64,000 nucleotides of DNA from Novosphingobium sp. (GTDB lineage: Bacteria; Pseudomonadota; Alphaproteobacteria; Sphingomonadales; Sphingomonadaceae), in the NCBI RefSeq assembly GCF_049240505.1, contig NZ_JBMLSM010000005.1, forward strand, positions 7,015 to 71,014, written 5' to 3'. Position 1 is the first letter of the stretch; every line of letters starts with the position of its first letter. Below the pieces are notes generated by a model. It worked only from the letters and a program-made list of their open reading frames with translations, was not told the DNA's origin and did no database searches. Made by a program: the position numbers and the translations under genes. This document shows, in pieces, positions 35,573 through 45,899 of the stretch.

Positions 35573-38086
35573 ATGAGGACACCGATGCGCAAATTCCCGC
35601 TTCTTGCTGCTACCCTGCTTGCCACTACCGCGCCGCATACCGCCTGGGCTGCCGACGAGGCGCCGGCCCGCGAAAGCAACTCCGGCGAAAAGGCCGCGCA
35701 GGCGGCTCCGGCAAAGAAGGCGTTCAGCACCGGCGTTGCCAAAGGGCGCGATCTTCTGGACACCGCGATTTCGGCAAGCGTGATCGATGAGGCCGATCTT
35801 GCCAAGCTTTCCGTCAGCTCGGTTGCAGGGATCATGCAGAACATTCCCGGCATTCGCGCAGAAACATCGGACACCGACGGCTTTTCGGCCATCACCGTGC
35901 GCGGGTTGCCGCTTTCGGCAGATGGATCGAAGTTCCTGCAATTGCAGGAAGATGGGCTGCCGGTGCTGGAGTTTGGCGATCTGCATTTCGCCTCTGCCGA
36001 TCAGTTCCTGCGGGCTGATCTGACGCTTTCGCAGGTGCAGGCGATCCGTGGCGGTTCGGCATCGACGTTCGCTTCCAATTCGCCCGGCGGCGTGGTGAAC
36101 CTGATTTCGCGCACCGGTGAAACGGCAGGCGGGCTGGTGCAGGTTTCGAGCGGCATCGGCTACGATCTGAAGCGCATCGATTTTGCCTATGGCAGCCCGC
36201 TGGGGGATGGCTGGCGCTTTCATGTGGGTGGCTTCTATCGTCAGGGCGAAGGGCCGCGTGCCATTGGCTATGACGGGTTCAAGGGTGGCCAGATCAAGGC
36301 GAATGTGACCAAGGCGTTCGCGGGCGGATATATCCGCTTCTATGCCAAATACATGGATGACCGGCAGCCCAACTATTCGCTGTTTCCGATCCTGCTGACG
36401 GGCAGCAATGATGCGCCGAAGGTGAACGATCTGCCGGGCAACGACATTCGGCGTGATGCCTATGAATCACGCTTTACCCCGCGTTATCTGGGCGTGGACC
36501 AGAACAACAATCCGACCACCCTCGATGCGCAGAACGGCTTGCGCGGCGTGACCAAATCGGTCGGGCTGGAAGCACAGTTCGACGTGGCCGGATGGACGGT
36601 GAGCAATCGCTTCCGCTTTGCCGATATCAGCGGTGAATATAACGAAGCCCTGCCGATGATCACCGCCCCTGCCCCGGCAGTTGCGGGGCTGTTTGGCGGA
36701 TCGGGTGCAACGCTGACCTATGCGGGCGGGCCATTGGCAGGGCAGGCGATCAGTGATGCGCGACTGCTGGCCTATTCGATCCGCATCAACGCCAGACACA
36801 ACCAGTTGGACAATGCCACCAACGATCTGCGGGCAAGCCGCGTGTGGGCGCTGGGCGAAGGCAAGCTGACGACCACGGCCGGCGTCTACAATTCGTCGCA
36901 GACGGTCGACATGTATTGGAATTTTGTCAATTCGATCAACGATCTGGCAGGCAATGGTGCAAATGCGCCGGTGAACCTGACCAGCGCTGGTGGTGTGCCG
37001 CTGACCGATGGCGCGGTCTATGCCTATGGCTTTGGTTTCGGCGTGCCGCTGGCCGCCTATCACACGCGATATGACCTGAATTACAAGGTTCTGGCCCCCT
37101 ATGCTTCGGCCAACTACCAGATCGGCAAGCTGGCGATCGGTGGCAGCCTGCGCTGGGATCGCGGAACGGTGAAAGGGCGCGTTTTTTCATCCAGCCTTGG
37201 CGGCGGGCGTATCGGAGAAACGGCTCTCGACATCAATCGCAACGGCACGATCTCGGTCGCGGAAACGAAGGTGGCGATCCTTCCGCTGACGCAGCCTGCG
37301 GCGGTGGATTATGACTACGACTACGTTTCGTACTCCGCTGGCGTGAACTATCGCATGGCCGAACCGCTTTCGGTCTTCGCCCGTTACAGCCGGGGCGCGC
37401 GTGCCAATGCAGAGCGCATTCTGGGGGCAGGATCGCTTGATCCCAATAGCGGCGCGCTGATCGACCCATCGACCGCCTATAACGTGGTCAAGCAGGCTGA
37501 AGCGGGCGTGAAATTCCGCAAGGACGGGCTGACGGCTTATGTCACCGGGTTCTGGGCATCAACCGGCGAGCGCAATTACCAGATCGGCGCGGACGCCAGC
37601 GGCCAGGTGGTGGTGATCCCGATCAACCGCACCTACAGCGCCAAGGGCATCGAGTTTGAAGGCGAGGTCCGCGAAGGGCCGTTTGCGCTGACGCTGGGGG
37701 CGACATGGACCAAGGCAAAGATCACCAAGGATTTCACCGATCCGGCGCTGGAAGGCAACCGCCCGCGCCACATCCCGTCTCTGTCGTTCCAGGCGCGGCC
37801 TGAAGTCAATCTGGACAAGGTTACGTTTGGCACTGTGCTGAACGGCACGACCAGCAGCTTTGCGCAGGACAGCAACCTGTTGAAGCAGCCGGGTTATGTG
37901 CTGGTCAGCCCGTTCGTGCAGTTCCGCCCCGTGGACCGCGTCACCCTGGGCGTGAATGCCTTCAACGTGTTCGACAAGCTGGCCATCGTGCAGATCGCCT
38001 CGGCGGCGATCCCCGCTGGCGGGCTGACCAATGCGCAAGTGATGAACGGGCGCACGGTGACCGCATCGCTCCGCTATTCCTTCTGA
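35573..38086 (+). CDS. TonB-dependent receptor
   Basis: Signal peptide MRTPMRKFPLLAATLLATTAPHTAWA, plug domain (ITVRGLP, LQEDGLPV), and a barrel ending ..TASLRYSF. An alternative ATG at 35585 is possible. Confidence 0.88.
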   Translation: MRTPMRKFPLLAATLLATTAPHTAWAADEAPARESNSGEKAAQAAPAKKAFSTGVAKGRDLLDTAISASVIDEADLAKLSVSSVAGIMQNIPGIRAETSDTDGFSAITVRGLPLSADGSKFLQLQEDGLPVLEFGDLHFASADQFLRADLTLSQVQAIRGGSASTFASNSPGGVVNLISRTGETAGGLVQVSSGIGYDLKRIDFAYGSPLGDGWRFHVGGFYRQGEGPRAIGYDGFKGGQIKANVTKAFAGGYIRFYAKYMDDRQPNYSLFPILLTGSNDAPKVNDLPGNDIRRDAYESRFTPRYLGVDQNNNPTTLDAQNGLRGVTKSVGLEAQFDVAGWTVSNRFRFADISGEYNEALPMITAPAPAVAGLFGGSGATLTYAGGPLAGQAISDARLLAYSIRINARHNQLDNATNDLRASRVWALGEGKLTTTAGVYNSSQTVDMYWNFVNSINDLAGNGANAPVNLTSAGGVPLTDGAVYAYGFGFGVPLAAYHTRYDLNYKVLAPYASANYQIGKLAIGGSLRWDRGTVKGRVFSSSLGGGRIGETALDINRNGTISVAETKVAILPLTQPAAVDYDYDYVSYSAGVNYRMAEPLSVFARYSRGARANAERILGAGSLDPNSGALIDPSTAYNVVKQAEAGVKFRKDGLTAYVTGFWASTGERNYQIGADASGQVVVIPINRTYSAKGIEFEGEVREGPFALTLGATWTKAKITKDFTDPALEGNRPRHIPSLSFQARPEVNLDKVTFGTVLNGTTSSFAQDSNLLKQPGYVLVSPFVQFRPVDRVTLGVNAFNVFDKLAIVQIASAAIPAGGLTNAQVMNGRTVTASLRYSF

Positions 38087-38180
38087 GTCCCCCCGATGGC
38101 CCGTCCTCCATCCCCTGCGGGGGCGGGCCACACCTTCAAGTTGGCGATCATGTAGCTTGCAAACACACACTTTTCGCATT

Positions 38181-38275
38181 CGTCATTGCGAGCCTCGCGT
38201 AGCGAGGGGAAGCAATCTAGGGCGTTTTAGGCCGACACTGGATTGCTTCGTCGGCTTCGCCTCCTCGCAATGACG
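38181..38275 (-). repeat. 95-bp palindromic REP/MITE-like element, copy 2 (inverted relative to copy 1)
   Basis: Its reverse complement CGTCATTGCGAGGAGGCGAAGCCGACGAAGCAATCCAG...GATTGCTTCCCCTCGCT.CGC.AGGCTCGCAATGACG aligns with 9956-10052. The two copies differ mainly in the central loop. Confidence 0.85.
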
Positions 38276-38339
38276 ATATGTGTTTGTAATCTATACAATC
38301 GTCTTCAAGTTCGAGGATACCCTGACAGTGCTCGATCGC

Positions 38340-40166
38340 ATGAATATCCCACGCAGGCTTGGCCTTTCGTTCGTGGCGCTCAACGTGACAGCGGCGATCA
38401 TGATGATCGTGTTCGGCGTGAGTTTGGCGATGGTATCGAGCGTAACCGCGCGCAATACCGAAAGTCAGGCCGTGCTGGCCGATACGCTGACGCTGGAAAC
38501 CGCGCTGCTGCGGCAGAATAGCCAGTTGCGCGGATTTCTGGTCACGGCGGACGAAAGCTATCTGAAATCGTATTACGAGGGGCGCGACGATTACGACAAG
38601 GCATCGGCAGCGCTGGAAGCGCGTCTGACCGATCCCGCCTTGCAGGAACTGGTCCGCACATCGCGAAGCGAAACCCTGAAATGGCGCGAGAACTGGGGCG
38701 ACAAATATGTTGCCGTGGTCAAATCCGGGCAGCGTGATGTGGCGCAGGAGGCCATTCGCGCAGCAGGCAAGGCCGTGCTGGTCAGCGACGCCGTACTGCC
38801 GCTGCGTGCGGTGCGCGATGCCCAGCACGAGGCGATTACCGCAGAGACGGCGCGGCAGGAAAGCGCCATCATGTTTGCGTGGATCGGGCTTGTCGTGGGC
38901 GGTGCGCTGCTGATTGGCCTTGCGCTGGTGCTTTCACGCAAACTTTCCCATTCCATCGCAACGCCGATTGCGGACCTTACCCATTCGATGTCGGCGCTGG
39001 CCAATGGCAACAACGACGCTTCCATCCCCGGCACGGATCGCAGTGACGAGCTGGGTGCGATGGCGCAGGCCGTGCGGTTCTTCCGCGATGCGGCGCTGGA
39101 ACGCGCGCGCGCCGTGGCGGATCGCGAACAGGCGATGGCCAAGATCGGCGCGCATCTGCACGCAGTGGCCAATGCCGATCTTTCGGTTCGGTTGACCGAT
39201 GTGCCGCCCGCATTCCAGACCGTGGCGCACGATTTCAACGAAGCGATGGAGCGGCTTTGCCAGGCGATGGGTCTGGTGCAGGACAGCATCATGGCGATCA
39301 ACCTGACCTCCGGCGAAATCCAGCAGGCCACCACCGACCTTGCCAACCGCAGCGAACAGCAGGCATCTAGCCTGCAGGCATCATCATCGGCAATGGATCA
39401 CCTGACCACGCAGATCGAGGACTATGCCCAGATCGCCGCCGACGTGAGCGGATCAATGGTGGAAGCGCGCAGCGAGGCTGAAAACGGCGGCAAGGTTGTT
39501 GGCAAGGCCATCGAGGCGATGGACAACGTGGCGCGGGCGAGCGCTGAGATTTCCGACATCACCACGATGATCGACGGCATCGCCTTCCAGACCAACCTGC
39601 TGGCACTGAACGCAGGCGTGGAAGCGGCGCGGGCGGGTGAAGCGGGCAAGGGTTTTGCCGTAGTGGCATCCGAGGTGCGCGCGCTGGCCCAACGCGCGAC
39701 CGAGGCGGCCAACGCCATCAAGCAGCGCGTGGAAGCCGTGACCAGCCATGTCCGTTCGGGCGTTTCGCTGGTGAACGAGACAGGATCGGCGCTGGAGACG
39801 ATCATCAGCCGCGTGGGCACGGTGACCGCATCGATCTCTACCATTGCCGAAACGGCGGGCGAACAGAGCGTGGCGCTGCGCAAGATCAACCAGGCCATCG
39901 GTGCGATGGACCAGATGACCCAGCAGAACGCCGCGATGGTGGAAGAAACCAATGCCGCGACCAAGAACCTGACGCAGGAGGCGGGCCAGCTTTCCAGCGC
40001 CTTTGCCAGCTTCAAGATAGGGGACGAGCGCCCCGGAGGGTTCGGGATTGCGCCTGCCCGACGCAATGTGGCGGTGACGCCGATGCCTGCGCCACGCATG
40101 ATTCCCACGCCGCCGCCGATGGTGAGCGGGAATCTTGCGCTGGACAACGACTGGTCGGAGTTCTGA
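38340..40166 (+). CDS. Methyl-accepting chemotaxis protein with CHASE3-like periplasmic/sensor region and HAMP domain
   Basis: N-terminal TM segment, a CHASE3-like part ([23 protein letters not shown]), a second TM segment, HAMP, and the conserved signalling hairpin [40 protein letters not shown]. Start chosen at ATG 38340, after the repeat element. Confidence 0.88.
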   Translation: MNIPRRLGLSFVALNVTAAIMMIVFGVSLAMVSSVTARNTESQAVLADTLTLETALLRQNSQLRGFLVTADESYLKSYYEGRDDYDKASAALEARLTDPALQELVRTSRSETLKWRENWGDKYVAVVKSGQRDVAQEAIRAAGKAVLVSDAVLPLRAVRDAQHEAITAETARQESAIMFAWIGLVVGGALLIGLALVLSRKLSHSIATPIADLTHSMSALANGNNDASIPGTDRSDELGAMAQAVRFFRDAALERARAVADREQAMAKIGAHLHAVANADLSVRLTDVPPAFQTVAHDFNEAMERLCQAMGLVQDSIMAINLTSGEIQQATTDLANRSEQQASSLQASSSAMDHLTTQIEDYAQIAADVSGSMVEARSEAENGGKVVGKAIEAMDNVARASAEISDITTMIDGIAFQTNLLALNAGVEAARAGEAGKGFAVVASEVRALAQRATEAANAIKQRVEAVTSHVRSGVSLVNETGSALETIISRVGTVTASISTIAETAGEQSVALRKINQAIGAMDQMTQQNAAMVEETNAATKNLTQEAGQLSSAFASFKIGDERPGGFGIAPARRNVAVTPMPAPRMIPTPPPMVSGNLALDNDWSEF

Positions 40167-40169
40167 ACC

Positions 40170-40919
40170 TCAGAACCGAGGCTTGCGCTTTTCCACGAAG
40201 GCGGTGGTGCCTTCGTGGAAATCGGTGCCGGTGAAGGCAGACGCGAAAACGTCTAGCGATTGCGTGTCTTCGGCCACCTGCCCATCAAGCACCTGCCGCA
40301 CGAACTGTTTGAGCGCGCGGGCGGAAAAGGGCGATGCGGCAAGGATTTGCGCCACCAATGCGTCTTCGTTCGGCGCGAGTTCCTCGACAAGGCCGATACC
40401 TTGCGCTTCTTGCGCGCCAAGCAGCATCCCGGTGTAGAGCATCCGCCTCGCCTGCCCCGGTCCGACGAGATCGACCAGCAGCTTCACATCGTGCAGCGGA
40501 TAGACGAGGCCGAGCTTGGCTGGCGTGATGCCGAAGCGCGCCTGCGGCCCGGCCACGCGGATATCGCAGGCCAGCGCAATGCCGCAGCCGCCACCAATGC
40601 AATCGCCTTCGACCATCGCGACGGTCGGCAGGGGAAAGCGGGTGAGTTCATACTGCGCGCGGTTGATGGCGCTCTGGTTATCGGCCCGCCACTGCGCATC
40701 ATCCTTGCGCGCCAGCAGTTCGGCGATGTCTGCACCGGCGCAGAACGCGCCGCCGTTGGCCGACTTGACCACCAGTACGCGCAAGGCGGGATCGGCGGCG
40801 GCTTCGGCCAGCAGTTCTGGCAGGCTCTGCCACATGGCGATGGTGAAGGCGTTCCGCTTGTCCGCGCGGTCGATCAGCAGGCGCGCGGTGGCGCCGTCCT
40901 TTTCCAGCCGCAGTGTCAT
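40170..40919 (-). CDS. Enoyl-CoA hydratase/isomerase (crotonase) family protein
   Basis: 249 aa from the ATG at 40919, with RNAF, FCAGADI and GGGCGIALACD motifs. The track ORF extends far upstream (to 41657) through implausible low-complexity sequence. Confidence 0.88.
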   Translation of the reverse strand: MTLRLEKDGATARLLIDRADKRNAFTIAMWQSLPELLAEAAADPALRVLVVKSANGGAFCAGADIAELLARKDDAQWRADNQSAINRAQYELTRFPLPTVAMVEGDCIGGGCGIALACDIRVAGPQARFGITPAKLGLVYPLHDVKLLVDLVGPGQARRMLYTGMLLGAQEAQGIGLVEELAPNEDALVAQILAASPFSARALKQFVRQVLDGQVAEDTQSLDVFASAFTGTDFHEGTTAFVEKRKPRF

Positions 40920-41100
40920 GCCGTGGTGCCCTTCGTCATTGCCGTTGCGGCGCGCATGGTGTCTGGCGATGACACTGGCAAGCCCTCTTGACGCGGGGCA
41001 TGATAAATGAGAACCTGTATTCCAATAAAGTAGCGACGCTGAATGTCGCCAGGCAAACGCGGTCATCCGGCTGCGCGGGGCCGCCGATTGGGAGATCGAC

Positions 41101-41874
41101 GTGTTGCCTGCCCTTACGCTTTCATCGTGCATCGAATGGCAGTTTGCCGAAGCCGGAGACCTTGCCGCGCGCATCCATGCCGCCAGGGCTGAAGGGTTTG
41201 CAGCCGTGGAGTTCCATCTGTGGCGCGACAAGCCGGTCGATGCCATCGCTGCCGCGCTGGCCGATACTGGCATGGTGCTGACGGGCCTGTGCGTCGATCC
41301 GCGCCGCTCCATTGTGGACCCGGCCGAGCGGGCTGAGATGGTGGAGGCGGTGCGCGAGACGATTGCCGCCACGGCCTGTCTGGGCAAGCCGCCGCTGATC
41401 GTGGCATCGGGCTTTCGCGTCGAAGGGATGAGCGAGGAAGAGCACTTTGCCAACGCCGTTGCCGCGTTGAAGGATGCGGCCGCGCTGGCCGAGGAAGCAG
41501 GCGTCATGCTGCTGCTCGAACCGCTCAACACGCGGCTGTTTTCGGCGATGTATCTGGTCAGCACGACGCTGGGGCTTGATCTGGTCGAGGCGGTGGGCAG
41601 CCCCAATCTGCGCCTGCTGTACGACGTGTGGCACAGCGCGGTGATGGGGGAAGACATTGCCGATGTGCTGCAGGGCCGCGCTCACCTCGTCGCCCATGTG
41701 CAGGTGGCCGACATGGATGACCGCAACGAGCCAGGCACCGGCACAGTCGACTGGGCGCATGTCATGCGCACGCTCAATGACCTTGGTTATACAGGGGCGA
41801 TCGGGATGGAATATTTCCCGACCCTGCCGATGGACCAATCGCTGGAGCTGACCCGCAAAACGCTGGCGCTCTGA
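41101..41874 (+). CDS. Hydroxypyruvate-isomerase-like TIM-barrel protein (xylose isomerase-like fold)
   Basis: 257 aa with a GTG start preceded by GGGAG. It has CIEWQF, LLLEPLN and HVQVAD..RNEPGTGTVDW motifs of the Hyi family. Confidence 0.8.
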   Translation: MLPALTLSSCIEWQFAEAGDLAARIHAARAEGFAAVEFHLWRDKPVDAIAAALADTGMVLTGLCVDPRRSIVDPAERAEMVEAVRETIAATACLGKPPLIVASGFRVEGMSEEEHFANAVAALKDAAALAEEAGVMLLLEPLNTRLFSAMYLVSTTLGLDLVEAVGSPNLRLLYDVWHSAVMGEDIADVLQGRAHLVAHVQVADMDDRNEPGTGTVDWAHVMRTLNDLGYTGAIGMEYFPTLPMDQSLELTRKTLAL

Positions 41875-41906
41875 CAGAAATCCCTGCTGCGATCCGGGAG
41901 AGGGAT

Positions 41907-43247
41907 GTGGCGACCAAACTGACATTAACCGAACGCCTCAGCTATGGCCTTGGCGACATGGGCACCAGCCTTGCCTACAACATGGCGAGCGGGTTCCTGC
42001 TGTTTTACTACACGAATGTCGTCGGCCTGCCCGCCGCCGCCGTGGGCACGGTATTCCTGATCGCACGATTGCTGGATGCGGTGATCGACGTGGTGGTGGG
42101 CATTGCGGTAGACAAGACCCGCAGCCGCTGGGGGCGGACGCGAGGTTATTTCCTGTTTGTAGCCCTGCCCTATGCTCTGGTCACGGTGGCGCTGTTCCAC
42201 ATGCCTGACTGGAGCGAAGGGGCGCAGCTTGCCTATGCCTTCATCACGTTCAAGGCGCTGGGCATCCTGATGTCGTTGCAGGCGATTCCCTATACCGCGC
42301 TAATGCCGATGATGACGCTCGACACAGGTGAGCGGCTGAAGCTTTCGGGAATGCGCGGTGTCGGCACGTCGATCTCGGTGGTGATGGGTACGGCGGCGGT
42401 CATGCCGCTGGTCGGCCTGTTTGGTGGCAGCGACCAGAAGCAGGGCTTCCAGTCTGTGGCCATGCTCTTTGCCGCCATCGGCTTTGTCTGCACGATTGCG
42501 CTCTATCGCAATTGTCGGGAGCGATTCGAGGATACCTCACCCGCCAACTTTGCGATCCTGCCCGCCGTGCGCGAAATGCTGCAGAACAGGGCGTGGCTGG
42601 TCGTTTTTGCATCGTGCCTGCTCTACTTCATCCGCTTCGGCCTGATGATGAGCGCGACGGCCTATTTCGCCATCGATGTGCTGGGCAAGCCGTGGATGAT
42701 TTCGATCATGCTGCCGGCGGTATCGGGCATGTTGCTGCTGTCATCGGTGGTGGCACCGCCCATTCTGGCGCGCACCGGCATCCGGCGCGGCTGCGTGTTC
42801 GTGCTGGGGCTGTCCGCCGTGCTATTTGCGCTGCTGCCATTGGCGGAAAGCAGCGTCCCGCTGTTCCTGACGGTCTATATCGCGGCCTGCCTTGCCACAT
42901 CGATCACGATCACCGCTGCCTTCGCGATGATTGCCGAGACGGTAGACTACCACGAATGGAAGTTCGGCAGCCGCCGCGAGGGCCTGCTTTCGGCGGGAAT
43001 CAGCCTTTCGACCAAAGTCGGCATGGCCATCGGCACGGCAGGCTTCGCCTTCGTGCTGGGCGCCGCAGGATATGCGCCCGATGCCGTGACAGACACCGCG
43101 CGCGATGCGATCCGCTGGGCCTATTATGGCAGCGCCGTGCTGCTGCTGGGCCTGCAGACCGTGGTCATGCTGGCGTGGCCGATGGACGCCCTGCGCGAAA
43201 CGATCCGCAACGACATCGCCGGGCGTAGCCCTGCTCCGGCGGAATAA
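41907..43247 (+). CDS. Glycoside-pentoside-hexuronide (GPH) family cation symporter (MFS)
   Basis: 446 aa. RLSYGLGDMGTSLAYNMASGFLLFYYTNVVGL and DK..SRWGR motifs are typical of MelB/GPH transporters. About 12 TM segments. Confidence 0.85.
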   Translation: MATKLTLTERLSYGLGDMGTSLAYNMASGFLLFYYTNVVGLPAAAVGTVFLIARLLDAVIDVVVGIAVDKTRSRWGRTRGYFLFVALPYALVTVALFHMPDWSEGAQLAYAFITFKALGILMSLQAIPYTALMPMMTLDTGERLKLSGMRGVGTSISVVMGTAAVMPLVGLFGGSDQKQGFQSVAMLFAAIGFVCTIALYRNCRERFEDTSPANFAILPAVREMLQNRAWLVVFASCLLYFIRFGLMMSATAYFAIDVLGKPWMISIMLPAVSGMLLLSSVVAPPILARTGIRRGCVFVLGLSAVLFALLPLAESSVPLFLTVYIAACLATSITITAAFAMIAETVDYHEWKFGSRREGLLSAGISLSTKVGMAIGTAGFAFVLGAAGYAPDAVTDTARDAIRWAYYGSAVLLLGLQTVVMLAWPMDALRETIRNDIAGRSPAPAE

Positions 43248-43258
43248 GGGAGAGTATC

Positions 43259-44203
43259 ATGAAGAAAGCTGTCGCCGCGCTTCTTGCGGCGTGCATCGCC
43301 GTGCCTGCAGCCGCGCAGGTGATCGTCACGATCGATTACCGCCCGCCAGAAACGGTGCAGCGCGTGGGCATTCCGGTGAACCCGGCGGAGAACCGGGTCA
43401 AAGTCCTGATCATCTCGGGCCGCAATTCCTATGAGCATGACTGGACCGGCGTGAACAACATGCTGCGCACCATGATGCAGGACACCAAACGGTTCGACGT
43501 GCGCGTGACCGAGGATTTCGACAATGGCACGCTGGAAACGCTGAAAGCCTACGATGTGGTGCTGCTGAACTATTCGAGCCGCTGGAATTACGCAGACCCC
43601 GTGCAAAAGGTGTGGTCCGATGGCGCGTTCAAGGCACTCTACCAATATGTCCGCGAGGGCGGCGGGTTGGTCGCCTATCATTCCAGCTTCACGTGGGGAC
43701 GCGATATTCCCGAATACAAGCGGTTGATCGGCGGCGCGATGGAGCCGGGATCAAGCCGTCGTGCGCCACCGGGAGCCTTCCCCGTCCATATCGTTGACCG
43801 GAACCACCCGATCACGGCAGGAATGCGCGAGTTCGTCTGGACCTATAACGACGATATGTACACCAACATGGCGATGGACCCCGAAGCGAAGATCCACGTC
43901 CTTGCCACCGCACACGATGCCGCTGCCGCCTATGACCCGAAGCTGACCGGGCCGAAATATCCCGCTGCTGCCTATACGCCCGAAAAGCTGAAGGCGATGA
44001 AGGGGATAGACGCCGATCACCCGCAAGTGTGGACCGCCGATTACGGCAAGGGCCGCGTCTTTTCGGTAACGCTGGGGCACGATGAGGTTTCGCTGCACTT
44101 CCAGCCACTGCAAACCCTGATCCTGCGAGGCACCGAATGGGCCGCAACGGGCAAAGTCACTCTGCCGGTGCTGGAAGAAGCGAAGGACTATCCGACGAAG
44201 TGA
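43259..44203 (+). CDS. ThuA-domain (trehalose-utilisation-like) protein with signal peptide
   Basis: 314 aa. Signal peptide MKKAVAALLAACIAVPAAAQ, then KVLIISGRNSYEHDW and GGLVAYHS motifs of ThuA-like class-I glutamine-amidotransferase-fold proteins. Confidence 0.75.
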   Translation: MKKAVAALLAACIAVPAAAQVIVTIDYRPPETVQRVGIPVNPAENRVKVLIISGRNSYEHDWTGVNNMLRTMMQDTKRFDVRVTEDFDNGTLETLKAYDVVLLNYSSRWNYADPVQKVWSDGAFKALYQYVREGGGLVAYHSSFTWGRDIPEYKRLIGGAMEPGSSRRAPPGAFPVHIVDRNHPITAGMREFVWTYNDDMYTNMAMDPEAKIHVLATAHDAAAAYDPKLTGPKYPAAAYTPEKLKAMKGIDADHPQVWTADYGKGRVFSVTLGHDEVSLHFQPLQTLILRGTEWAATGKVTLPVLEEAKDYPTK

Positions 44204-44207
44204 AGTC

Positions 44208-44243
44208 TTGTGGGCGGGCGGCACAAAACCTGCCCGCCAACAA
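44208..44243. terminator. Hairpin between convergent genes (ThuA-like / carboxylesterase)
   Basis: TTGTGGGCGGGC...GCCCGCCAACAA stem with one mismatch. Confidence 0.5.
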
Positions 44244-44248
44244 CGCTA

Positions 44249-45808
44249 TCACATCAACCCCAGCTTGCCCCCGCTGGCAGCATAGGCCTTGAACGCTTGG
44301 AAGCGGGCGGGTGAGGAAACGGCGGGGCGCATGGTTTCGCTGTCGCCCAATCCCATAATCGTGGCGCTGGTCTTCGTGACCTTCGCCCAGCCCTTGCCCG
44401 GTGTGCCGGTGCGCATGAAGGCCAACAGACGGTCCTGCCATTGCCGCACCACGCGGGTATCGGCAGCGGTGAACTTGCGTTCGCCAAGGCCGATGTTTCC
44501 GAAGACATAAGGCAGGTGGGACGAATGGAACGCGCTCCACGATTGACCGTCTTTGACCACGGGATAGGCGTGATCATAAAGATAGGCATAGACCGGCTGT
44601 TGCGCGGTTCTTGTCCGCTCTTGCGACCACAGCATCAGCCCGGCCATGTAGCGATCGCGCGCGAGCAGAGCGTTCGACGCGACGGCTTCGGCATCAGTGG
44701 CGTGGGGATAGAGCGCGAGCAGGCTTTGCGCCGAAGTGCCGTATCGTGCCTCAACCGCAGCCTTGAACTACGCAGGGGTGCGCACCGATGGGTCGATCAT
44801 TTCGGCGCTGTTGTATCCGCTGATCAACGGGACGGGACTGGCCACCGGGCCGCTGGCGCGCACGGGATCGAACGGCACCACTTTGCCATCGACATTGGGC
44901 ACGAACATCAGGCGTGGCGGGCCACTGGTTGCGCCGGGGACATAGCGGGTGGCTTCGATCAGCTTTTCCGCCGGAACCGCGCGCATTGCCGCAGTGCTGC
45001 TGGTGCCGAGCTTCGCAGCAAGGTCTACGCCGACCTTTTCGTTTGCAGCCAGCGGCGGCACATCCACCGCCATGCTGGCCCCGCTGAACGCGATGGCCTT
45101 TGCAAACAGGCCTTGGGCCATTGGCGATACCATCAGATCCGCCACGGAAGCCGCGCCCGCGCTTTCGCCCGATACGGTGACATTGGCAGGATCGCCGCCG
45201 AACTTTGCGGCGTTGGCCTTCACCCATCGCAGCGCTGCAATCTGGTCGAGAAGACCATAATTGCCCGACGATCCCAGCGGCGATTCCGCCGTCAGCGCCG
45301 AATGCGCCATGAAACCAAACACGCCAACGCGGTAATTGATCGTCACGACCACCGCGCCCTTTGCCGCCAGCTTCGCGCCATCATAGATCGGCAGGCTCCC
45401 TGCCCCACCGCCAAAACCGCCACCGTGTATGAACACCAGCACCGGCAGGGCCTTTGCCGCAGCCTTAGGCTTCCACACGTTGAGCGTCAGGCAATCCTCG
45501 CTCATCGGTGGAGCGGCGAGAAATTCGGCCGTATATGGTCCCCACGGCGCGGGCACACCCTGCTGGCACACCGGGCCGAATGCAGAAGCATCGCGCACGT
45601 CCTGCCACGCTGTGACAGGCTGCGGTTCGCGCCAGCGGTTTTCCCCTACCGGCGGCGCGGCATAGGGTATGCCGAGGAAAGCCGTGGCAAGGCCCTTGTC
45701 CGTCCCGCGCACCGCGCCGTCGGTAGTGGCAACCACGGCTTGCGCCAGTGCGACCTGCGATGTTGCGGAAAGCCCGATGGCGATGGCCAGCGCGATGCCT
45801 TTTTTCAC
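44249..45808 (-). pseudogene. Type-B carboxylesterase/lipase gene interrupted by a single in-frame TAG (44768-44770)
   Basis: The N-terminal ORF (FLGIPYAAPPVGENRW, GESAGA nucleophile elbow) and the C-terminal ORF are in the same frame. My hand translation across the gap gives ..SVRTPA*FKAAVEARYGTSAQSLLALYPHATDAEAVASNALLARDRYMAGLMLW.., a continuous esterase sequence. Confidence 0.75.
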
Positions 45809-45860
45809 GATCCTGCTCCTTGGTGGCCGAACCTTTGCGGCTCGTGCAATTTTGGTAAGA

Positions 45861-45888
45861 CACCGGGACCGGCGATGCGGTCCCGGTG
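45861..45888 (-). terminator. Hairpin downstream of the minus-strand TIM-barrel gene
   Basis: CACCGGGACC...GGTCCCGGTG perfect 10-bp stem, 12 nt after the stop at 45900. The U-tract is weak. Confidence 0.45.
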
Positions 45889-45899
45889 CAAATAAGCGG

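Noticed and set aside
40161-40175. Palindrome TTCTGA-ACC-TCAGAA at the junction of the chemoreceptor and enoyl-CoA hydratase genes.
   Set aside because: It is simply the two convergent stop codons with their preceding codons. The 6-bp arms are too short to claim a terminator or binding site.
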